NCBI GenBank assembly: GCA_050999585.1
Contig: JBPCPC010000191.1
Location: forward strand, 1-62,486
Direction: 5' to 3'
From: Solirubrobacteraceae bacterium
GTDB lineage: Bacteria > Actinomycetota > Thermoleophilia > Solirubrobacterales > Solirubrobacteraceae
Length of the DNA stretch: 62,486 nt
The notes under the pieces were generated by a model. That model saw only the letters and a list, made by a program, of their open reading frames with translations. It was not told the origin of the DNA and did no database searches. Made by a program: the position numbers and the translations under genes. Numbering within the stretch: the first letter of the stretch is position 1; every line of letters starts with the position of its first letter. Below, one piece after another: positions 51,446 through 59,354 of this stretch.

Positions 51446-52072
51446 ATGCTGAGCTCGAACGCTAAGGGAGCGATCGCAGAGATCGAGGTCGCCGCGGCCG
51501 CCATTCGGCTCGGACTCCCCGTCTTCAAACCGCTCAGCGAGCACGGGCGCTCGGATCTGGCGTTCGAGATCGGCGACCGCATCTGGCGTGTGCAATGCAA
51601 GTGGGGCGGGCTGGCGCCCAACGGCGACACCGTCGTCGTTCGCGTGGGTGGCAACCGCTGTTCGCCGGCCGGGTACATCGCTACGACCTATGGCGAAGAC
51701 GAGACTGATCTGTTCGCTGTGTACTGCGGTGGGCTGGACCGCGCGTACCTATTGCCGATACGACTCGTGGCCGGAAAGCGCGAAATCAGGCTGCGCCTCA
51801 CCCCGGCTCGCAACGGGCAGCAGGCATGTACTACGCTTGCGGAGGATTTCGCTTTCGACGGGGCTGTAGCTCAGCTGGGAGAGCGTCTGGCTGGCAGCCA
51901 GAAGGTCAGGGGTTCGAGCCCCCTCAGCTCCACTTCATCGCCTGAGCCGACCCGGCTCGGGGCAAATGCGTTCCGGGACGGATTTGGGTCCTGGATGGAC
52001 CGCGTCGCCGCCGGCCAAGAGGTGGTGATCACCCGCCACGGCCGCCCGCGGATTCGGCTCAGCCCCGCGTAG
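51446..52072 (+). CDS. PD-(D/E)XK endonuclease (group I intron-associated, I-Ssp6803I-like) fused through a tRNA-encoded linker to a Phd/YefM-type domain
   Basis: KG.IAE, D37, VQCK, Y...E.D.FAVYC...YLLP; codons 139-163 are the tRNA; C-terminal AFRDGFGSWMDRVAAGQEVVITRHGRP. Confidence 0.85.
   Translation: MLSSNAKGAIAEIEVAAAAIRLGLPVFKPLSEHGRSDLAFEIGDRIWRVQCKWGGLAPNGDTVVVRVGGNRCSPAGYIATTYGEDETDLFAVYCGGLDRAYLLPIRLVAGKREIRLRLTPARNGQQACTTLAEDFAFDGAVAQLGERLAGSQKVRGSSPLSSTSSPEPTRLGANAFRDGFGSWMDRVAAGQEVVITRHGRPRIRLSPA
51860..51932 (+). tRNA. tRNA-Ala(GGC), CCA not encoded
   Basis: Full cloverleaf: GGGGCTG/CAGCTCC with G3:U70, D arm GCTC/GAGC, anticodon arm TCTGG-CTGGCAG-CCAGA, T arm AGGGG-TTCGAGC-CCCCT, A73. 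Confidence 0.97.
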
Positions 52073-52087
52073 ACGCGGGACTGATGC

Positions 52088-52600
52088 CTAGCCCGACGCC
52101 GACGCCAGCGCGGCCGCCGACCCCTGGTGGGCCTCGAGCCGCTGCGTGAGCTGCTGGGCCGGCACCGGCCGGCTCAGGTAGTACCCCTTTGGGCGGTCTG
52201 GCCACCGAGCTCGCGCAGCTTGTCCCACACCTCGCGGGTCTCCACCCCCTCCGCGACCACGTCGAGGCCGAGGTTGCGGGCGAGATCAATCGTCGATCGA
52301 GAGACGGATGCCAGCGCCGAGAGCTCGCCGAGCACGACCTTGGCGCGCGTGGGTTAGCGAGCATCGGACGCGCATCAGCGCCTGAGCCTCGGCGTGCCGA
52401 GCCTCAAGCTCGGCCGCGGCTGGGGGGTGGAGCTGTTCATTACCTTCAGCGTTCTCGATCAGCAGCGGCCGGTGACTCTCGATCGCGAAGCGGACGATCG
52501 AGGTGGCGATCGGCCGCCGTTCGTCGAGTCGCCGGACGGCGAGCTCGCGCTGGGTCTCGATGATCCGGGACCGGCGCTGGTCGCCGTCGAGCTGGGCGCC
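52088..52600 (-). pseudogene. Deleted and frameshifted GAF...EAL phosphodiesterase remnant
   Basis: Own translations: SIVRFAIESHRPLLIENAE (GAF-like), TRAKVVLGELSAL..RLSIDD, RSTIDLARNLGLDVVAEGVET, GYYLSRPVPA. Confidence 0.8.
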
Positions 52601-52647
52601 GGGCCTCCCCTGGTCTATCGACGCTCACCGATCGCGGCTTGAGAAGC

Positions 52648-53289
52648 CTAGGTCCGATCCTTGGCCGCCTCCAGCGCCGCCGGCGGGTCCAGCGTCGAGT
52701 CGGGGGGACCGGCTTCGATCAGCGCCAGCGCGCGATCGGCCAGGTCCGCCGCCTCGGCGCCGCCGACGTTCTCGTCGCGCAGCGCGAGGGCGAGCAGCAC
52801 TCCGCGCAGCAGCTCGGGGTTCTGCAGGTCCGCCGGGGGGCCGGCGGGCGGCAGCGAGCGGGTCGCGGCCAGTAGCCCGGCCACGCCCGACCCGCGGCGC
52901 AACAGTCCGCCCGGGTGCTTGTCGGGGATCGTGGCCACGATCGCACCGGTGGCGGGGTTCAGGACCGAGATCCGGCTGCGCAGGCCGTGGCGCTCGAGCG
53001 CGAGCCGGTAGCCCGACAGACGCAGGTATCCAAGCTGGGCCGCCAGCTGGATGAACGCGAGCGCCTCGGCGTCGTCGCGCACCTTGCCGTGGTGCAGCGC
53101 GATCTGCGTGCCGGCGTCGGGCAGGTTGGGATCGGGGTCGGGAGCGACCAGCAGGAACACCTGGGGGCCCAGCCGGCCGGCGCCGACGCCGGCGACGTCG
53201 GCCAGCAGCTGATAGCCGCCGAGGCCGAGCGCGCCGACGATCCCCGGGGGCGCTGGGTGACTGGCGAGATGTCCGGATGCAAATGACAT
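52648..53289 (-). CDS. Hypothetical protein
   Basis: Host-like codon usage, GGAG RBS, directly downstream of the AIM24 gene. Confidence 0.7.
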   Translation of the reverse strand: MSFASGHLASHPAPPGIVGALGLGGYQLLADVAGVGAGRLGPQVFLLVAPDPDPNLPDAGTQIALHHGKVRDDAEALAFIQLAAQLGYLRLSGYRLALERHGLRSRISVLNPATGAIVATIPDKHPGGLLRRGSGVAGLLAATRSLPPAGPPADLQNPELLRGVLLALALRDENVGGAEAADLADRALALIEAGPPDSTLDPPAALEAAKDRT

Positions 53290-53302
53290 GAAGGACTCCC
53301 GG

Positions 53303-54079
53303 CTAGTTGTCCAGCAGCCCGCCGACCAATCCGCCGAGGCCGCCACCGCCCGTGCGCTGGCCGTTGCCGCCGGCGCCCTCGGCCACGGGAGGATGGTAAT
53401 AGGCGCTCTGCAGGCCGACCCGACCGGGGCCGGTGAAGCGGTTGAACACCAGGTTCCCGCCGCCCCCGCTCAGCAAGCCGGTCTTGAACCCGTAGACCTC
53501 CTGGGACATCTGCACCGAGTGATCGCGATACACCCAGCCGCCCGGCTCGATGTCGATTGACTCCCCGGCCTCGAGCTGCTTCTCGAACACGTTGCCGTAG
53601 CCGTGGACCCAGACCACGCCCTCCCGGTCGGCGGCGTAGAACTCGTCGACGAAGAAGCCACCGCCGTAGAGCATGTTGGCGAAGCCCTTGATCCGGCTGT
53701 AGTCGTACTGGACATTGCCGGTGGCGGCTAGAAACTGGTGCTCGCGGACGACGATCCCGTTACCCGCCGGCAGATGCAGAGCGGCGATGTGGCCGGGAGC
53801 GTCGCGGCTGAAGGCTATTTCTCCCGCGGACTGAGCCTCGATCAACAGCAGCGGCATGCCGCCGAAGGCCCGGCGCTTGAGCCCCTTCTTCAGCGGGTGC
53901 AGCCCGATCTGCATGTTCGGGTACTTCCACAGCAGCACGTGGTGCTCGAAGTACACGGGCACCTGGCCGTCCAGCGCCATGTGCAGCACCGGGACGAGCT
54001 CGCCCTCGAGGCGGTAGGTCAGGCCGGGCGCGGCTCCCTGCGGGATCGAGGTCGGCAGGATGGATGGTGCGGTCGGCAT
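53303..54079 (-). CDS. AIM24-family protein
   Basis: GEIAFSRDAPG, VREHQFLAA, VWVHGYGNVF, FTGPGRVGLQS; start trimmed to MPTAPS. Confidence 0.9.
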   Translation of the reverse strand: MPTAPSILPTSIPQGAAPGLTYRLEGELVPVLHMALDGQVPVYFEHHVLLWKYPNMQIGLHPLKKGLKRRAFGGMPLLLIEAQSAGEIAFSRDAPGHIAALHLPAGNGIVVREHQFLAATGNVQYDYSRIKGFANMLYGGGFFVDEFYAADREGVVWVHGYGNVFEKQLEAGESIDIEPGGWVYRDHSVQMSQEVYGFKTGLLSGGGGNLVFNRFTGPGRVGLQSAYYHPPVAEGAGGNGQRTGGGGLGGLVGGLLDN

Positions 54080-54169
54080 CGGCTCTCCTTCGTCGGGTAC
54101 GCCCTCGGGGCAGCCGTGCTTTCCTGGCCCCCGGCGGTCAGACTCAGAAGGTATCGCGATAATCCGACC

Positions 54170-55789
54170 GTGCCACCGATCTACATCACCGGTCATCGCA
54201 ACCCGGACACCGATTCGATTGCCGCCGCGATCGGCTACGCCGAGCTCAAGCACCGGCTCGATCCTCGCAACGAGTACATCCCGGTGCGCCTGGGTGATTC
54301 CAACTCGCAGACCCGGTGGCTGCTGGAGCGCAGTGGCGCCCCGGAGCCCCGTCATCTGCCGCACATCATGGTGCGCGCTCGCGACGTGATGCAGACGAGC
54401 TTCCCGATCACCCGGTACGACGAGCCGGTGCGCGAGGCCGGCCTGGCGATGGGCAAGGCCGACTTGGAGCTGGTGCCGATCGTCGACGACGACGGTGGCC
54501 TGGCCGGCGTGCTGACCGAGCGCGCGCTCGCCCGCCGCTACATCCGCGACTCGCTGCGCACCTCGACGCTCGAGGAGGCGCCGACTTTGGTGAGCGCCGT
54601 CGTCTCGGTGCTGGAGGGCGAGCTGATCACAGGGGAGGACCGCTCGCTGTCGGGCCGGGTCTGGGTGTACGCGATGGACCCGGCCTCTGACAGCGGCATC
54701 ACCGAGGGTGACGTGGTCGTGGTCGGCAACCGTCCGGACGCGCTAGTCCGGGTGATCGAGCTCGGGGCGGCGCTGGTGGTGCTGTCCAACTCGGCGCCGG
54801 TCCCCCAGGCTGCACTGTCGGCGGCTCGCGAGCGCGGCACCGCGATCGTCGTCTCGCCACTGGACAGCTACGTGTCGGGCCGGATGATCACACTGGCGGC
54901 GCCGTGCAGCGCGCTGATGGAGTCAGACCCGCTGACGGTCACCCCCGACTTTCTGCTCGACGACATCTCCGAGCAGATCAAGGAGCTGTACTACGGCGCA
55001 GCCGTAGCCGTCGATGGGAACAACCGGCCGGTGGGACTGGTGACGCGCTCAGATCTGGTCTCGCCGCCGCGGCGCCGGGTGGTGCTCGTGGACCACGCCG
55101 AGCAGGCCCAGAGCGTGGTCGGCATCGGCCAGGCCGAGATCCTGGAGATCCTCGACCACCATCACATCGGCTCGATCGAGACGCGCATCCCGGTCACCGC
55201 GACCTTTGACCCGGTAGGCTCGACGGCGACGCTGGTGGTCGAGCGCTTCCGCCAGGCGGGGATGGAGCCGAGCAACTCGACGGCGGTGATGCTGCTCGGG
55301 GCGGTGCTCTCCGACACGGTGATCCTCAACTCGCCGACGACGACCGAACGTGACCACGGGGTGGTCGAGTACCTGGAGCGGGTGCTGGCACTCGACGCGC
55401 AGGAGCTGGGCCGGGAGATGTTCGAGGCAACCGCCGACGTGTCGGATCTGAGCGCCGACGAGATCGTCAGCGCCGACGCCAAGCGCTACCAGGTCCGCGG
55501 CGATCAAGAGATCTGCATCGCCCAGGTGGAGGTCGTCGGCGGCGGACTGCTGGCGCGCAAGGACGAGCTGCTGGAGGCGATGGCACGGGAGCGCGAGGCC
55601 AAGGAATTCGCGCTGTACGCGCTGATGGTGACCGACGTCGTCGCCAAGGGCACCGAGCTGCTGGTCGCCGGCGACGTCGGCGCCGTGGCGCGGGCGTTCG
55701 GCGTCGAGGCCTTCGACAGCACGATCGAGCTGCCGGACGTGATGAGCCGCAAGAAGCAGGTCGCTCCGCGGCTGATGACCTCTCTGTAG
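54170..55789 (+). CDS. ppaC: Mn-dependent family II inorganic pyrophosphatase with CBS/DRTGG insert
   Basis: GHRNPDTDS, LVDH, LDHH, PVGSTAT, SDT, SRKKQV; GTG 6 nt after GATAAT. Confidence 0.95.
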   Translation: MPPIYITGHRNPDTDSIAAAIGYAELKHRLDPRNEYIPVRLGDSNSQTRWLLERSGAPEPRHLPHIMVRARDVMQTSFPITRYDEPVREAGLAMGKADLELVPIVDDDGGLAGVLTERALARRYIRDSLRTSTLEEAPTLVSAVVSVLEGELITGEDRSLSGRVWVYAMDPASDSGITEGDVVVVGNRPDALVRVIELGAALVVLSNSAPVPQAALSAARERGTAIVVSPLDSYVSGRMITLAAPCSALMESDPLTVTPDFLLDDISEQIKELYYGAAVAVDGNNRPVGLVTRSDLVSPPRRRVVLVDHAEQAQSVVGIGQAEILEILDHHHIGSIETRIPVTATFDPVGSTATLVVERFRQAGMEPSNSTAVMLLGAVLSDTVILNSPTTTERDHGVVEYLERVLALDAQELGREMFEATADVSDLSADEIVSADAKRYQVRGDQEICIAQVEVVGGGLLARKDELLEAMAREREAKEFALYALMVTDVVAKGTELLVAGDVGAVARAFGVEAFDSTIELPDVMSRKKQVAPRLMTSL

Positions 55790-55811
55790 GGGCCGGCGCC
55801 GGGAGCGGCGC

Positions 55812-56210
55812 CTAGACCGGCGAGCCGGTCTGTACGGCCAGCGCCGGCGCCTCGCCCCACAACTGCTCCAGCCGGTAGTACTCGCGTGTGTCCGGGGTGA
55901 AGATGTGGACGATCACGTCGAGGTAGTCCATCAGGATCCAGCGCGACTCGGTGACCCCCTCCACGCGCCGCGGCAGGAGTCCGTGGTCGGACTTCATCCC
56001 GAAGTGGATCGCATCGTGGATCGCCCGCGCCTGACGGTCGGTGCGACCGGTGCAGATCAGGAAGTAGTCGGCGTAGCCGATCATCCCGCGCAGGTCCAGC
56101 TGCACGATCTCCAGCGCCTTGCGGTCGGCCGCCAGATCTGCGATCGCGGCGACCATGGTTTCGGGTGTCGTGATGGTTTCCGGTGTCGTCATGGTCTCGG
56201 GTGTCGTCAT
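55812..56210 (-). CDS. rsfS: Ribosome silencing factor
   Basis: DRKA.EIV.LDL, ADYFLICTG, WILMDY.DVIVHIF, REYY.LE.LW; ATGA overlap with nadD. Confidence 0.95.
   Translation of the reverse strand: MTTPETMTTPETITTPETMVAAIADLAADRKALEIVQLDLRGMIGYADYFLICTGRTDRQARAIHDAIHFGMKSDHGLLPRRVEGVTESRWILMDYLDVIVHIFTPDTREYYRLEQLWGEAPALAVQTGSPV
56157..56210 (-). repeat. 3 x 18-nt in-frame tandem repeat at the rsfS start
   Basis: atgacgacacccgagacc / atgacgacaccggaaacc / atcacgacacccgaaacc. Confidence 0.9.
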
Positions 56211-56812
56211 GCTGCGGGTTGGCTGTACAGGCCGTGTCGTTGGATGTATGCCTCCACTTGATCGGGGACGAAGTAACGGATCGGCTGGCCGGCGGCGACG
56301 CGGTGGCGCAGCATCGTCGAGGAGATGCCGATCCGCGGCATCGAGAAGAACCGGGCTCGGTCTCCGCCGCGCAACTGGTCCAGCGCCTCCTCCACCGCGC
56401 CGCGTGGCGTACCGCGTCGCCTGGCGATCGCCACCGTCGAGAGGCCGAGCACACGCTCGGGTTCCTTCCATTCCGGCAGCCCGGCGGCGATGTCGCCACC
56501 GAGGATCAGCACCAGCTGGTCTTGGGGTGCCCGTTTCTTCAGCTCCACAAGGGTATCGACCGTGAAGGACGGGCCGTCGCGCTCAAGTTCCATGTCGGAC
56601 ACCTGGAACCGCTCGTCGCCGGCCACGGCCAGCCGGCACATCGCCAGCCGGTGCTCGGGACCGGGGTCCTGCTCGACGCGCTTGTGGGGCGGGATCCGTG
56701 CCGGGATCAGCAGCACCCGCTCGAGCGCCAGCTCCCGATGGGCCTCCTGAGCGCACACCAGATGCGCGAGATGGGGCGGATTGAAGGTCCCGCCGAGGAT
56801 CCCTAGGCGCAC
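56207..56812 (-). CDS. nadD: Nicotinate-nucleotide adenylyltransferase
   Basis: GILGGTFNPPHLAH, PPHK, SFTVDTL, ISST; start trimmed to GTG. Confidence 0.96.
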   Translation of the reverse strand: MRLGILGGTFNPPHLAHLVCAQEAHRELALERVLLIPARIPPHKRVEQDPGPEHRLAMCRLAVAGDERFQVSDMELERDGPSFTVDTLVELKKRAPQDQLVLILGGDIAAGLPEWKEPERVLGLSTVAIARRRGTPRGAVEEALDQLRGGDRARFFSMPRIGISSTMLRHRVAAGQPIRYFVPDQVEAYIQRHGLYSQPAA

Positions 56813-56843
56813 AGGGCCGTCCGCCGCGTGGGCCGTGCGCCGC

Positions 56844-58109
56844 TCACCCGCGCGTGTGCCCGGCGCCCTGCACCAGGTACTTGACCGTGCACAGCTCGCG
56901 CAGCCCGATCGGACCGCGCGCGTGAAGCTTCTGCGTGGAATTGCCGATCTCGGCGCCCATCCCGAACTCGTATCCGTCGGTGAACCGCGTCGAGGCGTTG
57001 ACGTACACGCACGCGGCGTCGACTCCGAGTTCGAACGCGCGCGCCGACTCCGTGCTGCCGGTGACGATCGCCTCGGAGTGGCCGCTGCCGTGGGCACTGA
57101 CGTGCGTCAGCGCCTCGTCGACCGAGTCGACGACCGCGACGGCCATCTCCAGGGCCAGGTACTCGGTGTCCCAGTCTTCGGCGGTGGCGACGTCGATCGC
57201 AACGCCCGGCGCAGCCGCGCGAGCGGCCGCGTCACCGTGCAGGGTCACGCCCGCGGCGCTCAGCTCGCGCAGCACATCGGGCAGGAAGCGGTCGGCGACG
57301 TCGGCGTGCACGAGCAGCTTCTCGGCGGCGTTGCAGGTCCCGGGACGCTGCAGCTTGGCGTTGAGCACGATCGCCAGCGCGTCGTCGAGGTCGGCGCTGG
57401 CGTCGACGAACACGTGGTTGTTGCCCGAGGCGGCGTAGATCACCGGCACCGTCGCCACGCCCTTCAGCGCGGCCTTCAGGCCCTCGCCGCCGCGCGGGAT
57501 GATCAGGTCCACGACTCCGGTCTGGGTGGCCAGCTCGGCCAGTTCCTCGCGCTCCCCGCCGGCCAGCAGCGACAACGCTGCGTCCGGCAGGCCGGCCTCG
57601 CTGGCCGCCCGGGCGGCGACGCTGGCCAGCACAGCGTTGCAGTGAAGCGCTGAGCTGGAGCCGCGCAGCACGACCGCGTTGCCCGATTTCAGGCACAGCG
57701 CGGCAGCGTCGATGGTGACGTTGGGACGCGCCTCATAGACGACGGCGATCACGCCGAGCGGCACGCGCACGCGCCGCAGCTGCAGCCCGTTGGGCAGCGT
57801 CGAGCCGTCGATCACCTCGCCGACGGGATCGGGCAGCGATGCGATCGTGCGCACCCCCCTCGCGATCGCGAGGATCCGCTGCTCGTCGAGCTCCAGGCGG
57901 TCCAGCAGCGCGTCGGAAAGGCCGTTGCGCTGGCCGGCTTCCAGGTCGCGGGCGTTGGCCTCAAGAATCTGCTCGGTGCTCTGCGTGAGCGCGTCGGCGA
58001 TCGCCTGCAGCGCCGCGTTCTTGACCTCCGAGCCCAGCGTCGCCAGGGTGCGCGACGCCCGCTTAGCCGCGGCGCAGGTTTGCGAGATCGACAGCGCGGT
58101 GCTTGCCAT
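56844..58109 (-). CDS. proA: Glutamate-5-semialdehyde dehydrogenase
   Basis: VPLGVI.VVYEARPNVT, IPRGG, CNAAE, VNASTRFTDG, STQKLHARGP. Confidence 0.97.
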   Translation of the reverse strand: MASTALSISQTCAAAKRASRTLATLGSEVKNAALQAIADALTQSTEQILEANARDLEAGQRNGLSDALLDRLELDEQRILAIARGVRTIASLPDPVGEVIDGSTLPNGLQLRRVRVPLGVIAVVYEARPNVTIDAAALCLKSGNAVVLRGSSSALHCNAVLASVAARAASEAGLPDAALSLLAGGEREELAELATQTGVVDLIIPRGGEGLKAALKGVATVPVIYAASGNNHVFVDASADLDDALAIVLNAKLQRPGTCNAAEKLLVHADVADRFLPDVLRELSAAGVTLHGDAAARAAAPGVAIDVATAEDWDTEYLALEMAVAVVDSVDEALTHVSAHGSGHSEAIVTGSTESARAFELGVDAACVYVNASTRFTDGYEFGMGAEIGNSTQKLHARGPIGLRELCTVKYLVQGAGHTRG

Positions 58110-58148
58110 GGTCTGGGTTAGGTTACCCCGCCGGGGTGCGACGGCCGC

Positions 58149-59240
58149 TCAGGCGAGCACGAAGTAATCGCGATGGATCGCTTCGTCGGTGGCGCGCGGC
58201 AGCAGCTCGCGGACGGCGGCGGACTGCAGGCCGCGGACCTGGCGCAGCTCGGCTGCCGAATAGTTGCTGATCCCCTTGCCGACGGCCTCGTCCGCATGGG
58301 CGATCTCAACCGCGTCGCCGGCCGCAAACGCGCCGCTCACCTCGACCACGCCGACCGGGAGCAGGCTGGTCCCGCCCTCCCGCAGGGCGCGAGCGGCGCC
58401 GGCGTCGACCAGCACCCGTCCCCGCGCCGGCTTGGCGTACTTCAGCCACAGCTTGAAGCTCGAGTAGCGGCCCTCACGCGCCGGGAACGACGTGCCCACC
58501 GCCTCGCCGGCCGCCGCGCGAGTGATCGTCCCGGGCGTCAGGCCACCGGCGATCACCGTTGGGATGCCGGCCGCGGTCGCCATTTCGGCGGCGACGACCT
58601 TGGAGCGCATCCCCCCCGAGCCCAGCGGCGAGGGCGCTGTCCCAATGTCCAGCTCTGAAAGCGCGGAGAAGTCGCGAACCTCCTGCACCAGGCGCGCGGC
58701 CGGGTCCGAGCGCGGGTCGGCGGTGAACACGCCGTCGGCGTCGGTCAGCAGCAGCAGCTGCTCAGCGCTCAGCAGGATCGCCACCTGGGCGGCCAGGAAG
58801 TCGTTGTTGCCGAAAGAGATCTCGTCGGTGGTGGTGGTGTCGTTCTCGTTGATCACCGGCACGACCCGCCACTCCAGCAGCTTGCGCAACGTCTGGCGGG
58901 CGTTGAGATAGTGCGTCCGGGCACTCATGTCGAAGAACGTCAGCAGCACCTGGGCGGTCGGTACCTGGCGCTCGCGCAGGAGCTCGTCATAGACCTGGTA
59001 CAGCTTGCCCTGCCCGACAGCGCTGGCCGCCTGCAGCTCGTCGATCGCGCGCGGGCGCAGCGGCAACTCCATCACCCCCATCCCCCGCGCGATCGCCCCG
59101 CTGGTGACCACGATCACCGACCGGCCGGCGTGGTGAAGCGCCGCGACCTCGTCACAGACGCGCCCGAGCACGTCGGCGTGCACACGGCCGCGCTCGTCGG
59201 CGACGATGCTCGAGCCCAGTTTGACGACGACACACGTCAC
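58149..59240 (-). CDS. proB: Glutamate 5-kinase
   Basis: VVKLGSS, QAASAVGQ, INENDT, GSGGMRSK, PUA domain SLLPVG. Confidence 0.97.
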   Translation of the reverse strand: MTCVVVKLGSSIVADERGRVHADVLGRVCDEVAALHHAGRSVIVVTSGAIARGMGVMELPLRPRAIDELQAASAVGQGKLYQVYDELLRERQVPTAQVLLTFFDMSARTHYLNARQTLRKLLEWRVVPVINENDTTTTDEISFGNNDFLAAQVAILLSAEQLLLLTDADGVFTADPRSDPAARLVQEVRDFSALSELDIGTAPSPLGSGGMRSKVVAAEMATAAGIPTVIAGGLTPGTITRAAAGEAVGTSFPAREGRYSSFKLWLKYAKPARGRVLVDAGAARALREGGTSLLPVGVVEVSGAFAAGDAVEIAHADEAVGKGISNYSAAELRQVRGLQSAAVRELLPRATDEAIHRDYFVLA

Positions 59241-59354
59241 GGGGCTGAGCTTACGGCGGCGCGGCCGGCGGTAGAGGCCCGGAGCGAGGATTGCAGAGCG
59301 GGATCGGCTTGCCCGGGGCGAGCCCGCTCCGCTAGCCCCGTCTCGCGGGTGAAA

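Noticed and set aside
49748-51595. Long N-terminal extensions in the ORF track (GGDEF, trpD, leuS, holA, ppaC, nadD, AIM24, murJ)
   Set aside because: They overlap real neighbouring genes; better starts with coupling or -10 boxes lie downstream.
51860-51932. Group I intron or split tRNA associated with the endonuclease
   Set aside because: The tRNA is contiguous with a normal 7-nt anticodon loop, and I see no intron core around the ORF.
51900-52650. tRNA-integrated island with attR duplication
   Set aside because: No second copy of the tRNA 3' end noticed and no integrase in the window.
59296-59329. GC hairpin between obgE and proB as a riboswitch
   Set aside because: Imperfect stem with no conserved aptamer; at most an ordinary terminator-like structure.
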